From positions 8,742,001 to 8,806,000 of the forward strand of contig NC_091478.1 in NCBI RefSeq assembly GCF_036971445.1: a DNA stretch of 64,000 nucleotides. The letters run 5' to 3'. Below are positions 23,921-37,312 of this stretch, piece after piece. This DNA is from Narcine bancroftii. Taxonomy: Eukaryota. The notes below the pieces were generated by a model. It saw only the letters and a program-made list of their open reading frames with translations. It did no database searches and was not told the DNA's origin. How positions within the stretch are numbered: the first letter of the stretch is position 1; each line of letters opens with the position of its first letter. The position numbers and the translations under genes are program-made.

Positions 23921-25945
23921 TGGATATCCATATTTATTGAAATTTTTTGGATAAATGATTTCTGATTTTCCTGAAATTATCAATTATCTGGGAAAAAAAT
24001 TCAGAGCTGAACAGACATCATTTCCACGCCCAAAAAAATTTCTAACAGGAATTTCAGAATATCAAAGTTGTACTGTACAAAAAATGTATTAGAATAGATA
24101 TTTATCAAGTGTTGTCATTTATTCATCAAATTTTCAAGGATCTTGAACTATAGGTAAATTTCAGTTTTGTATTGGGAGCGTGGTTTAAAAAAATGCAAGA
24201 TCCTGATATCTGGCACTTGTGGGAATTGGTAGATGCTGGATAAATGCATCTTCTGGTTGCTTGAGACTTACTCTGACAATGCCTATCTAATGAACTTGCA
24301 TTAAGAATAAACAGTTTTAAATAAAACAAAAAAAATACAACACTAATGCTGAACAAACTTCACTTGCATGAATATAAACTTTAAAGCATTTTACTTTATT
24401 TTCAGTCACATTCTTTGAAAACATTTAACCATTGCTAGTTCCTTCACGTAGCCCCCAAAAGACTTACAATAGCATTATGGCTAATTTACCCTTCCCCCAC
24501 CCAAAGTTTACAGATAAAGCCTCTGACTGGGGTGACGCTTACTAAGCAGGGATAAGGAGACACCCCTTCTAAGCTCTCAAAATCAAATGATGAATTACCT
24601 GCCAGAACTTTCTTTGCAAAAAGAGCGGCAGAGAGGATCAATGGAGTCTCCCTTCACCGCCTACCCCCATCGAAGTGATCTACCAGGACCAAAGCCTGAA
24701 GAGGGCGCACAAAATTGGTGAACTGGTGCAGACTCGAAAGGCCAACATGGCCTGTTTCCGCTCCATGATTGGTTATATGGTTAATCCTGAGTGAGGCCAT
24801 TGCAGCTTCATACAAACTATTCAAACAGCTGCTATGAGCAAAGCACGACCTCCACTGGCTGAATATTTGCTCCCATTTTCTACTTTGAAACAGTCGGACA
24901 TTTTTTTTTAACCTATTACTTAATTCTTATTTATTTTACTCCTATTTGTTTTCCTTGTTTTTGGCCATTTGCTTGAGGCTGCAGGTTACTTGTCGTTAGG
25001 ATACCAGGGGCTTTCTGCATAAGCTTTCCAAACTTTTCCCACTAATTCAAAGTATATCTTTCAAATATCGTTCACTAGATTTGTTTAATTTTATCTGGTT
25101 CATGGCAGAAAGCTCTGCAGGCTACCTCTGCAATACAACTACTTATTGTATCAGTTTGTGAAAAGGAGATAAAAGTTCCATAGATCGATTAAGAGGAGCA
25201 AGGAGTTCTTGTATCCTGGCCAAGATGTATCATTTGTCACTTCCAAAAAAAAGTATGGCTAATTCCTTACTAATCTTGGATTTTTGAGCCAATTATTAAG
25301 CATGTTTCCCTGCATTGCAGCAGAGTATTAAAGCTTATGAAAGGCACATCAATGTGTGTTTTATTGGCTTGCCATGTAAAATTAGGAAGATTTATCTTCC
25401 GAGGTTAAATTTAATCCAAGGTGGTAGTGATTAGCACAGAACTAAAACTCCCCTCCATGAACTCCATTTATAATTGCTGCCTAGGAAAGACACTTAACAT
25501 CTTGAAGAGTCCATCTTGCCTCAGACACACTCTTCAACCTTGGAGAGCTTAAGTATGCACCAACATGCTTAAAGACATTTTGTTCCCTGAATTAACCCCA
25601 TGATGCTCATGCTGTCCTGTTTGGGATCTTCCTTATCTGTAATTGCACTCTTGATGCAGCTGTATGTTTGAGATGACATGTTCAGTCTAGATTCAAAGTA
25701 CTCATCCAGATTAAATAAATTGAATTGTGAGTTTTCCACTGTTGGGATATTCAATTGTTTTAAGTTGGGCCAGACACAAAAAGGAACCCTACACTCCATA
25801 ATAATTAAGTTTGAATGTGCGACAAAGAGCTTCAAAATTCTTGGAACATGACCTTCCAGGGATTTAACCTGAAAGTAACTATCCATCATTGCTCTTAAAA
25901 CTTGGTGTGCACAATACATTTCTTCCTTCAAGCAGTTTTAACATT

Positions 25946-26156
25946 CCCTAAAATTATAAGACAAATGACTTGATCCAGTGTGTAAAAGTAGATAACACAT
26001 TTTTAATGGTTTGATTGTATATGTTGAATTTTTTTTTTTGGTTTTGGAGGGGGTTAAAAGGGGAGAAAATGCCACTGTATATTTAAGAGAGGAATGTTTG
26101 TATCTATTTTGGTTGATATGGTTCACAGTGTGAAAAATGTAAAAATTATTTTAAAA
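25946..26156 (+). mobile_element. 5'-truncated L1/Tx1 3' end with 16-bp TSD
   Basis: TSD aagcagttttaacatt at 25930-25945 and 26157-26172. Same 3' UTR as 55030-55296. Confidence 0.9.
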
Positions 26157-27188
26157 AAGCAGTTTTAACATTGGAATTAAAATCAGGATTAAATCAATAA
26201 AGATGTTGTGAACAATTACATACAACACTTGTTCATTTACTGTTGTAAATTAGTTCAATTTGACTGAGCAAACTGTTCTCTATGGATAAATAGATGTATA
26301 GTGTTTGAAAGCCTACAAGATACATTAAAATGCACTGTATTTGAATTTTGAACATTGATTTTAAAAACATTAACTTAATAAATGTTAATATAGTATTCTT
26401 GTAACTTTTGTTACTATTAGATGAAGTGAGAATCTCAAACCCTGTCATTGGTGTGTGCTGCATTTTATGTTGGATGTGGATAGGCAGAACATTCATAAGG
26501 TTCTGCACTTTTAAAATCTGTTTTACTGGGTGTTTATTTTTCAGTGGTTGGTTACATTGTGGATTTCATTTCTCTGAGGAAATGTTCATTGTTTCTACTT
26601 GATTGAAAGAATCCGATAGCCAAAATTAAATTGGAATTGAGGTCTGTAATGTCAAATCTCTACGACTGATGTAATTAATTAGAAGACATTGCTGCAATCA
26701 GTTTTACAGCACGTTTTTCATTCTACGGATATTTCTGTAACATATCTTCAGATTTTATTTTGTAATGCATCATTTTTTGGTTGTAATAATCTTCTAGATC
26801 AACCTTGAAGTGAGCAACATGGATCAATTATGCCAGATAACACAGGATTACTGAAATGCTACATAATTAACTTCAGTTTTACCTCATTATGGTTGCTGTT
26901 TCAGAAGACTTGCAAAAGGTTGTATAAAAATATTTGAATACTTCTTACCTGAACAATAAAGATCAGGTTGAGTAGGTTTGTCTTTCCCATTTGGCACTTG
27001 CAGGTTTTGTTCTTGCTGTTTTTGGAAAAAGGTTGAGTTTAAAAAATGTTAAGCATTTGGCAGAATCCAATTAAGTTGAGATAACAACAAAATGGAGTCG
27101 AGAGTGGAAATAGTTATTCTAAGCCAGTGCTGATTTGTGATTATTTAAATGTTCCTGGTAACGGATTTACTTAAAGAAGATATTTCAC

Positions 27189-27285
27189 GGGGGGGAGAAA
27201 AAGTCACTGTATATGTGTGAAAAAGAAATAGTGTATATCATGGCTAATGTGATTTATGGTGTGAAAAATAAAAAATTTAAAAAAA
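27189..27285 (+). mobile_element. 97-bp 3' tip of the L1 subfamily at 46828-49268, with 12-bp TSD
   Basis: TSD aagatatttcac at 27177-27188 and 27286-27297. Nearly identical to 49153-49250. Confidence 0.9.
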
Positions 27286-28264
27286 AAGATATTTCACAGA
27301 GGGAGAGCAAGAGGCAAGGAGTAAAGACAGTTTAAATTAGAAAGGGAATTTTAAAAAAGCTTTCTAGAAATAAAGGCATAAATTACTTTGTTGCTGGGGT
27401 TGATCTTCTGTTTTCATGCACCCAAGATGTGTGTTGTATTTACATGGGGTATGTCTGAAGTGATCGATCTTTTTTGTGATGTTAATTTTCAGGTACTTTT
27501 TTAGGTCTATTTTGTATACAAGAAATGTGGTCAATTCCAAGTCTCAACTTAAGTAGAATATAAATTAGGTTATTGACCTATACTGCAGATTCCAGACTCC
27601 TTCCAACCATGGACAGAAGAGAAATAATATTAGTGGTGAAGCCCAAAGAAGAGAAAATGTGAAGGACAGAACAATTGGTATGGGCCTCTGCAGATTCCCC
27701 TTTCAATTTGGAACAATCATCCACCACCCATGCTGTGTTCAAATCCCACAATCGTGCACCACAATTTTTTTCCACTGTTATCTTGCCTATGCTACCTATG
27801 TTCCATGAAGAGGAATCACGAGTTTTCCACTTGGGATTTTCAATTATTTTAAGTAGAACCAGACACAAAGTAATGCATCAAGAACACTGGGCACCCTACA
27901 CTCCAGTAATAATTAAGCTTGAATGTGCAACAAAGAGCTTCAAAATTCTTGAATGTGACCTTCCAGGGGTTTGATTTGAAAGCAACTATCCATAACTCAA
28001 AACTTGGTGTGCACAATAAATTTCTCGAGCAATTTTAAGATTGGAATTAAAATCAAGATTTAATCAGTAGAGATTTATTTTACTTTCAAAAGTCAGCAAA
28101 ATAATGCACTTTAGCTGAAACCCTAATGCATACAATATTTACATATGAAATTCTATTTTTAATAGCACAAATGTTGAAAATAAAGATATTTAGAGCTTTT
28201 CCTCGAAAATCTGTTGGGTCCACAAAAGACAAATTGGCTCAATATAATTTACTCGAGAAGGAAA

Positions 28265-28790
28265 AATAAATGCTGGAGGAGATGAGTGACATCTAAAGAA
28301 AGTGAATGTTTAATGTTGAAACCCTGCATTTGGGCAGAATGGAGAGGGATGATAGCCATTACAAGGGGGAAAGGGTGAGGGGCCTGTGTAATCAATGAAT
28401 GAAAGGTGGAAACTTCTTTCCATCCACTGTTGACCCATACATTTCATCCATTAGATCTCATCAGCCCATCACCTTTCCCCTAACGGTTCATGTAACTACC
28501 TTCTTTATAGATCCCAACACTGGTAGCTTTTGTGTTCTCACATATCACCCTCCAGTAGTTGTCTCCTCCCACCCCTTCCATCTCATCTGGCACCATCATG
28601 CCTTCCCCTCAGTCCATTTATCACTTATTACAATGGCCATCTTGGAACTCCTATGCTCAATTCTGATGCAAACTCTAATCTGCAGTATGGACAATTCTTT
28701 AACCCCTCCCCCAGCCTGACCCATTGAGTCTCAACAGCAGTTTGAGTTTTCCACTATTTTCCAACACATCTATTGCATCTGAATATCACT
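28265..28790. mobile_element. Degenerate Penelope-like remnant
   Basis: 'aaatgctggagg' arm, internal 'tgttctcacatatcaccctcca' (LTYHP) and mirrored 'ttccaacacatct' arm. Confidence 0.45.
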
Positions 28791-28864
28791 GGAGATCTTA
28801 CTAGATTGGACAATGGTCAGTGGTAACTTGACCCACCTTTTTAGGAATAAATTTTAAATTAAAA

Positions 28865-29072
28865 AAATTAGACATACAGCAGGCCATTTTGGCCCACAAG
28901 TTTGTGCCACTCAATTAACCTACACCACTAGTAGTTTTTTGAACTGGGATGAAACCGAAGCTCCCAGGACAAACCTCCACAGAGCATGTACAAACTCCTT
29001 ACACTGCGGGATTCGAATCCCGGTCCCGATTACTGGCACTGCAAAGGCGTTGCGCTAACCACTACACCATCT
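28865..29072 (-). mobile_element. V-SINE-like element
   Basis: 'catgtacaaactccttaca...gggattcgaatcccgg...cgctaaccactacacc' is the reverse complement of the 3557-3770 family. Confidence 0.75.
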
Positions 29073-32000
29073 GTGCTGTCCAATGTAATGCAAAAGTCTC
29101 AAGTTATTCCAGTGCAATGGATCTGCAAAATAAATTTCAAATCTGCACTTTATGTAACATGCACCATGCACTTGAAGTAGCTTCCTGAAACCATACATTC
29201 TCAATATGCCATCCAGCTGAATGTTGAGCCTAGTAATAAAAATTATTAGGGAGCCAGGCCCAACTATGCAACTGTTGCCAAGATCGTACTTATAGTTTTA
29301 GTTTCTAGAAACATCTTCATAAAAACATTTTTCCTATCAAATATCACATACAATTATGGGAAGAAGCCATACCTGACTCATCTGATGGAAGTGTGCTAGA
29401 AAAATGAATTTAATTAAAAGAAAGGACTGTAACTTACTTGTTCGGTTACTCATTAATCACAGAATTTTGGATTAAAGATAAGTTTTTTCTGGGATTTAAG
29501 AAAATCTACTAAATATCATTAAACCATTCATGTATTGAGAAAATAAAACAAAACATAAACGTTGCAATACTGAGGAATTTAAAAATCACAAAATTCTGGA
29601 TAGTCTCTCTCTCTGGGAGCAAAAAGCAGCCCAAGCCATTTACTCTCCAGATCTGCTCCATGACTTGCATATCTTTTTTTATTCAAGCTGAAGTATATAT
29701 TTTTCTAATATACAGAAAATTACTTAACATTTTTTTCACTGCAATTATTTGATTAGACGGAGTAACACTGCAGCAATTCTAGTTGTTGAAGTTCAGTTGT
29801 CTTCATTCGAATATCTCAAATCCAATCACAACTCTGAGAATTCTACCAGGATACAAAAGATTGGAGAGATAAAATAAAAACAATGTGAATGGATCAGCAT
29901 TTCACTATTTTTTATTTTCAATCATTTCCAAGGACAGGGAAGATATCATTTAAGATGTTTTCTTTGCAACTTTTTTTTTTAAATACAGACTTTCCATACA
30001 ATATTTTGGGTAATATGCATACAACATAACTGCATTTTCATACTTTCTACATTTCCATTTAGCACTAACTTGCCAACTCCAAATATTTAATTGACAGTGC
30101 AATGTTAATCTTTGTTCACTGTCATTTTCTAATTTGCCAGTGAATATTGTGTATTTCAAAATCAATCTAATTCTAAGCACATTCTACTAAATACCAACAC
30201 AGGTATTCAAAACTAAGTAGATTAGGCCAATAACATCCCGTCTCTAGTAATATAGTCACTAGGATAATATAGTGCCACCACAGTCATCAACTACCTTACA
30301 ATTCTGTACCTCAGGCTAGGTCAATAATTAATGGAATTCTTTCAAACATATTTAAATTGTACAGCAGTGTTCAGGTTTTATATTTTCCCCTCCCGCCTCA
30401 TTGAAACAATGGATATACATTGCTTGAGCAGAATTAGAATTCCTTACTAATATTTCATATTAGTATGGAATTCAATTTTGGAGAAAGATTTGGTCAATAG
30501 GAATCACTCTCTCTTACTGTCACATGTCATCTGTGTAATTTGATGAAAAACAAACCTTGAAAAGCCAGGCTGGAACAGAAAGTGGTCAGACTGGCATGTA
30601 AATCCTATGATAATTTTTAACTAAAAGCTTCATTGGGTATCTATCATACTGCAATCCAATTCAAGTACCCCACAAGGCAGTACTGCAAATATAGCCCAAA
30701 TCTGCCACACAAATGTAAAATAGATGAAATTGCATGTGGTCAAACTTATGCAAAAATAATGCAAAAACAAGAAAGCGTTGCATAATTGCAACAACCTCAG
30801 TTACCAAATAAAAGTTTTCCACCTGTAATTTAGGATTAGATTAGACTGTTAGTCATTACACGTGTCCTGTCTACACAAGGTTAGGCTTTCCAAACCCCAT
30901 TGAGTTAACCATGTTTATCGACTATGTCGTGGCAAATGCTGGAAAAAAAAGTTGGTACAATTGCAACTATGATAACTTAAAGGCCAGAGGACATGGTCTT
31001 TAATGAGCATATAATAATACAAGATTTATTTGAGTCAAGTCCTACAAAGTTCTGAAACGAAACATTTAAATTGACAATGACACAATTTTGAATTTTAGCA
31101 CTTAGAAATTCAAGGGATAACAGTGCTTAATGGAAGTATCTGTACACAATGACAGTATTACAAACCATTCATACCTGAATATTAATTCATCATAGATCAC
31201 TGGGAAACATCTTCTCAGAATACTCCAAATGTACCATTTCCACTACTATTAACCAGTTGCTTTTTTTTATATATAGGAAAAAAATTTATATAGGACAAAT
31301 TAGATAATGCAATCAAATACTTAGAATAAATCCTGATATGGTGCATTTTAGTATCACTGCATTTCAATGCATTTTTCAGACGTACAATAATTTTAATTGA
31401 TTTCCTCAAAATGAAGTTTGACATCAATTTTATTTGTCACTTAATAATTTTAATAACTATATTTATCTTTATTTTTATTGTTAATAGACTATTACAATTT
31501 CAAATCATGTTTAAATTCTACTGTCAATGCTATTTATAGATGGTTGATGCATTTTAATTTAAAACTGCAAATACTCCATCATCATCTATTTGTTAAATCT
31601 AAACATTGTCTCTCTGCTTATACAAAATTCTATCAAGAGCCAAACAAATATCTACTTTCTTTTCTTTGATGAAGCAGAATTGTTCCATTGTCAAGCACAT
31701 CAAACCAATTTTTAAAATTGAAAAACTGAATGAAATTTGGTGCTGTACAACTCTCTTTGAAAATATATTGACAGATTAAACAAAAAGAAATTGGGACAAA
31801 GTGCTTTTCCTTCACAAAACACACTTTAAAAAGTATCGACCTGTAGGCAAAACCTGATTTTAAAAATAAATCTGGCACTGCAGATGCTTTCAGGCTACAA
31901 ATCTGGGAGTCAGGACTTTTACACTGACTGGATGCATTACATTCATCACACATACACACAGATTCCTGAGTACAGGATTGACTATATCAACTCATGTAAA

Positions 32001-33154
32001 AGCTCCCTGTGAATAGCAAATATAGCACAAAAACAAGTTGTACACAAACACTTCCTCAGTTTTTACAAAAGATTGTCACCCAAAGATTTGACAATAACCC
32101 AAAGAAAATAAATGTACTAAATTTAATGAGATTTTAAAATTTTAGTCCCATTTTGGGCATTTTCAAAAGCCATTCAATTTAAGTTAATTCCTGAAACTTT
32201 CTCCTCTAAGAATCGTTTGTGTCAACCCAATTATTGTCCTTCAAGTCTGATTAACCCCCTTGAGGAAGCTTGTTGGCCATCTTTTATGTACTAAAGCAGT
32301 TCCTCAGATCCATTAAAAATCCTAGATTAAAAATCCTAGACTAAAATTTGGCAAACAGAATTGAAAAAAATCATAGCACCCAAAAAGGAATATAGCAATA
32401 ATTCTAGTAAACAGGAGCAGTGACAGATTATTTTGTTTTACATATACACAAATTTTGCTATACTACCAGTCAGGCACATAATTGAAGAAATCAAAGCTGT
32501 TTTGGATTACAAACTGGCAAATTACATGTTTTTTTAAGAAAAGGACTGAATGGTTAAATGCAGTGTTACATTACACTACCAAATTTCAGATGGTCCAAAT
32601 ATCACAGTCCTAGTCACGGATAATATCACAATGTGCAATCTAAAGCAATTATATAATCAATCTTTGTTCCATTTAGGTTGCAAAGATTTGAACAAGCACA
32701 AATTTGGCTCCAAATGGGGTTTTAAATTTTGAAGGCCGCTGACAATGTTCCCTTTTGTGAACCTGCAGAAAAAAAACCAAAATAGTGCAAGTAGAATGAT
32801 ATTGTCAAATTAAAACTCTTCATTGGATACAGACCCAGCAGCAATTGGTTAAAGTATCACTTTAAAAAAAAAAATCTGGTGCTACCATTCTGTGTCTAGA
32901 GTTGCTGTTGTGCCTTTGGAAGCAATTTTTGGCTGTAACATTTGAATCTTTCTATAAAGTACAGAGAAATCCCACATCCCATTAATCTGAAGTCAGCCTT
33001 TGTGCAAGGCAAGGAACATTCAAGTAGGATATTTGCTTTCTGCACACGGAAGCCTTCCTGTTACACATTGATTCAATTGCTTGGCCTGAAAACCATCTCT
33101 TCTCACATCCTTCAAAATTAATGTGCATCACAAAATGAGGGCCACAAGAGTCTG

Positions 33155-33591
33155 TTATATTTGTGATGTTTGATTTGTATCTCCATCTGGATGTGTATTC
33201 GAACACATTTCACCCAATGCAGTGTAGTCACTGTCAGACGTTTCTGAAGGTTCGTGCAAGCTTTCATAATTGTCCTCTTGAATAACAGTATCACCATGTG
33301 CTTTTTGTGACTGGGAACTCTCCATTTGGCTTCCAAAGTAGTTTGGAGCACTTGTGCTTGCTGAAGGTTTGCCAGCAGATCCCACACCCTGTAACCGAGG
33401 CACATAAACACTACTCATCACCTGCAAATTTCCCCTAGCAATGGTATCAGAATTAGGTAACAGAGCATTAGAAGGGTCCAAACTTTCTTGTATATGTACT
33501 TCCATTACTTGTCCAGGACTGGTCCTAAGATTAAGCACATGCACCAAATTTTCTTCAGCTAATCCTCTATTCAGGGCAGCTTCTTGAAGCT
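33155..33591 (-). CDS. ABRAXAS2: BRISC complex subunit Abraxas 2, exon 9 (terminal)
   Basis: LQEAALNR...SVYVPRLQGVGS...DNYESLHEPSETSDSDY...HPDGDTNQTSQI*. The TSQI end fits ABRAXAS2, and the ABRAXAS1 SPTF motif is absent. Acceptor tttAG. Confidence 0.92.
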
Positions 33592-33689
33592 CTAAACACA
33601 ATTGGAAATAAAAAACTGCATTACATTTTCTTAGTGTCAAAAAGCACAAAATCAGATCGTGAAGCCCACCGAACACCTGCTGACCAGAA

Positions 33690-33910
33690 AACACCCGTTT
33701 ACAATTATCCTTTTATTTTTAGTGATCAATACACCCAAGGGCAATTTACAGTGAACAATGAGCCCATCAACCAATATGGGAAGAAACCGTGCACCACCAC
33801 GAAGATCCATTAGTCTCAGAGAGAATGTGCCAGCTCCACACAGACACCACTGGTGGTCAGGAACGAACCAAGGTCACTGCACCCACGAGGTAGAACTCTG
33901 AGCGGTGCCA
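33690..33910 (-). mobile_element. Degenerate V-SINE-like element
   Basis: 'gggaagaaaccgtgcacc...gagagaatgtgccagctccacacagac' is the V-domain in antisense. Confidence 0.55.
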
Positions 33911-35269
33911 TTGCAATGGTCAATCACTATTCTGGTTTGCCAAAAAAACCTAAGCAATTCAACAATGGCCTGAATTGTACTGGCATTTTGCCACCAGTTC
34001 GGAAGATAACCGCCAGTAGAGCATCTAATGGCTCAGCAGCATTCTTCAGGACAGAACTTGCCAGGGGTCAGACACCACTTTTTGATTCATTCACTCGGTG
34101 CAGCAACAAGTTCTGAAGGGGACGTGTTCAGTTTTGGGAATAGGGTGGTGGGGTAGTGGAGTACTTACCGTACTTGGGGCATTAACTGTGTATATTCTGG
34201 TCAACATAGGAAGCAGCAGGCACTATACAGGTTACATATGGAATAACCAGGAGTAGGTTTAAATGTTAGTTTGTGATGAAAATCAATTGGGCAAAGCAAT
34301 TTTGATCAAGATTCCTTTTTTTTTAGTGACTTAATAGCACTGGTATTTAAGACAACATTTTTCAAATCCAGACATCATGTTTTGAAATATTTAAATAAAA
34401 TCTCTTTTCAATCTCTATATGCCATTATTCAAATTTAAAATAAGCACTTTTGAAATGAACTGAAGGCAAATTCAAATCCAACTCCAAAAATTAAAAAAAA
34501 TATTCAGGTATACAATTCTGAAATAAAAAGTGACTTTATCAGTAAAGGTGACCACCAGACTCTCAAAAGCCCATCTGATTTTTCAATTTACATCACCACT
34601 GACCAAGCTCTGATAGGGTAGAGCTGCAAGAGAGAGTCTAAAGATCCCTGCTGTCCAGCATTGCAGACAATGGAAATTTGCTTTAATAGAATCCACAAAT
34701 CACTACCAAAAAATTTGGGAGATACAATAAAACTATTGGTTTGCCTGAGCTTGAGAACCATAGGAATGGCAGGGAAATAATGGGTCACAAGTTTTTGTTT
34801 TTTTTTTTTTTTTAAATACAATTTTGGCACAAAATAAGCTGCTTGCTTTGTAGGTTTCATTTTAATTTTGGAAACCAATTGTCTCAAGTTGAGTGATAAT
34901 ACCAAAGATGCCAACTCCTACAATTTTAATTGGAAGTATTGCAATTTACATTGTTATTCATCCACAACTGGAAGTATGGGCATAAAAGGGAAAAATAAAC
35001 CATAGATGCATTTTCCCTTTTATCCAAACATTTAAACCTCAAGGATAAAATAAATTTTTAATTTTATTTAATGCAGGTACTTTTTTAAAAATTCATAAGT
35101 ACGTTTGTTATGAAAGCTTTGCTGGTTTATTAAAGACAGGCTCCTGAGTTGACATTCTGTTTATATTTATTTATTCAAGTAATCATCTCTTGAAAGCCTT
35201 CTCACATTTGCTTTCATTAACGGATATTAATCCCAAATAATGCGCTTTGAAACTTGACCTGTCGCTTAC

Positions 35270-35384
35270 TTTTTTCTTCTTCAATCTCTCTTTTCCTGCA
35301 TGCTATTTGTTTCTTCAGTTCATCAACTTCTTGAAGATAACTTTCAACTGTTTGTTCACTCTTTTCCACTTCTCCACATACTGT
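35270..35384 (-). CDS. ABRAXAS2: ABRAXAS2 exon 8
   Basis: TVCGEVEKSEQTVESYLQEVDELKKQIACRKREIEEEK (coiled coil). AG/GT boundaries; 115 nt. Confidence 0.93.
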
Positions 35385-35899
35385 CTACAGAAGGGTTAAA
35401 AGGCAAGTTTTAAATTGTCTTTAATACAGGGTTATATGTAAATTGATGTAAACCAGCTATGCATTTTTACAAAACGCAAACAAGACAATTTCAAATCCAA
35501 AGGCTCAACAGCATTAAAAAAAAGCCAACATTACACGTTATGAGAACGAGAGAAGGGGTAAGGGGTGTTGACACATAACGAGAACTAAGCTTGATGTCAG
35601 GAGAAAATCTACGTCAGCAATGCGTATCATTGTGTTATTGCAGAATGTTGGATGATTTCCAGTTCAAGAAAAGTGGAAGCACAAGAGTGGGCCATTTATT
35701 CTAAACCAGTTATCACCTTCGGATTTCAAAAGGGCAAGCAAAAATATAATTACCAGTAAGTATTTGTGCAGAGTTTTTCTTAAAATAGCATGCACTGTTT
35801 CACACTACATCTCAAGACAGACACAAATTAAACATGAATTAAAGATACCAAGCAACTATTCCTAGCTCCGTTGATTCTTTATGTAGTCGAGCAACTTAC

Positions 35900-35984
35900 T
35901 TGCAGCTTTTCTTGTAGAGCATTGTACACCTGATAAATGGCCCTGATATCTTTAATCACTCCATCTTTGTCAAAGAACTCAGCT
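35900..35984 (-). CDS. ABRAXAS2: ABRAXAS2 exon 7
   Basis: [36 protein letters not shown] boundaries; 85 nt. Confidence 0.95.
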
Positions 35985-36179
35985 CTGGGTTAGGAAAATA
36001 TAAAAATAATTAAACTGAAGCTTGAAACCATGCATGCAAAGTTTAGCAGCAAAACATATATTCTATAAATTTGTATTCAAATTATTGAATAGTTAAATTA
36101 ACTTAAGAAACAAGATGGCTAGCAAATTCATAATCAGTAAATCACTTGTTGGATGGTTGCCATTTAAGTTTATAGATAG

Positions 36180-36720
36180 GAGACAAGAGACGGCACATAC
36201 TTTAAATGTAGAGCTAAACAAAATCTGCTGGGGGATGTCAGCGGGTCGAGCAACATTGGAAAGGTAACCAATATCACGAGCACAAGGTTGGAGGGGCTAC
36301 ACAAGGGCCATTAGGGAGTTGCTGAACCAAGGAGAGTAAAGGATGACAGGCAGATGGAGAAGGAAAGGATTGAAATTGGAAAACTGAGACAAATGATTGG
36401 CCAGTGTCAGACAAAGGGTGAAGCAGGCAGGAGAACAAAAGGGGGGCAGGTGAAGGAAGATGATCCACAGAGGATGAACCCACAGACAGCTGATGGAGGG
36501 GCACAACAAAACCAGAGCTGGATGCTATTAAGATAATAATGGTGATATAATGGAAACTATTAGGGGAGAGGTGAAGGGTGGATTCTGAACTAGGAGAAAG
36601 ACAAAGTGTTGGAATGGAAAAGGGGACTGAAGGATGGCCAATGCAAATGGAGTACAGATGCTCTGTAAAACAATCCCCAAATCTGTGCTTGGTCTCATCA
36701 ATGTAGAGGAGGTCATTAGA
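36180..36720 (-). mobile_element. Penelope-like remnant
   Basis: 'aaatctgctgggggatgtcagcgggtcgagcaacat' arm followed by a purine-rich body. Confidence 0.45.
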
Positions 36721-36803
36721 GATAGATCAGCTATATCAAGCAATTATTCTGTACTTAAGAGCTATTAGCTTAAGTAATGTTGGTTTCTGAAACAAATCTG
36801 ATC

Positions 36804-36836
36804 AACACACACACACACAACACACACACACACACA
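36804..36836. repeat. (CA)n microsatellite, interrupted
   Basis: Read directly. Confidence 0.9.
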
Positions 36837-37312
36837 AGTTGAGCAGCTGATTTGCCCTATTGGGTGTTTTCTTCTCCCTTTAAGTGGAACATGACAATTG
36901 CTGAACGCTGACCAGGATGAATTAGCAAATATAAAACAGAATACTTAAAACCTTACAGATATGCTCAACTCACTAGAAATTATTGTTAATCTCCACAAAA
37001 TGCTGTTTTATTCATGACGTGATTGCACTGAACTAAAATGCTGACAATCTCGAGAAGATTATAATTAATCTGTTCATAATTGGTGCTGCAGTAAAAGTGA
37101 TCTGTAGTTCTTCAAACATGAAAGGACAAAACAATCTACAGGAAATGCAAGATAATAAAATTGTGACTTTCCAGATATTCTATTTCACAGTATATTGTCA
37201 GGTCAATTTAAACTGGTTTTCATAAATCATTTTCATCCAGAATATGAACTTTGTCTTAAACCCAACAAGTTAATTTAGAATGATGACCAGTTGAAACATG
37301 CTTCCTTTTTCC

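Noticed and set aside
27589-27677. Possible orphan exon (AG...GTATGG, one open frame FQTPSNHGQKRNNISGEAQRRENVKDRTI)
   Set aside because: Weak polypyrimidine tract, no partner exons and no recognisable homology.
29900-33154. ABRAXAS2 polyadenylation site
   Set aside because: Several AATAAA candidates exist (about 31475, 31430, 31027, 29912) and sequence alone cannot pick one.
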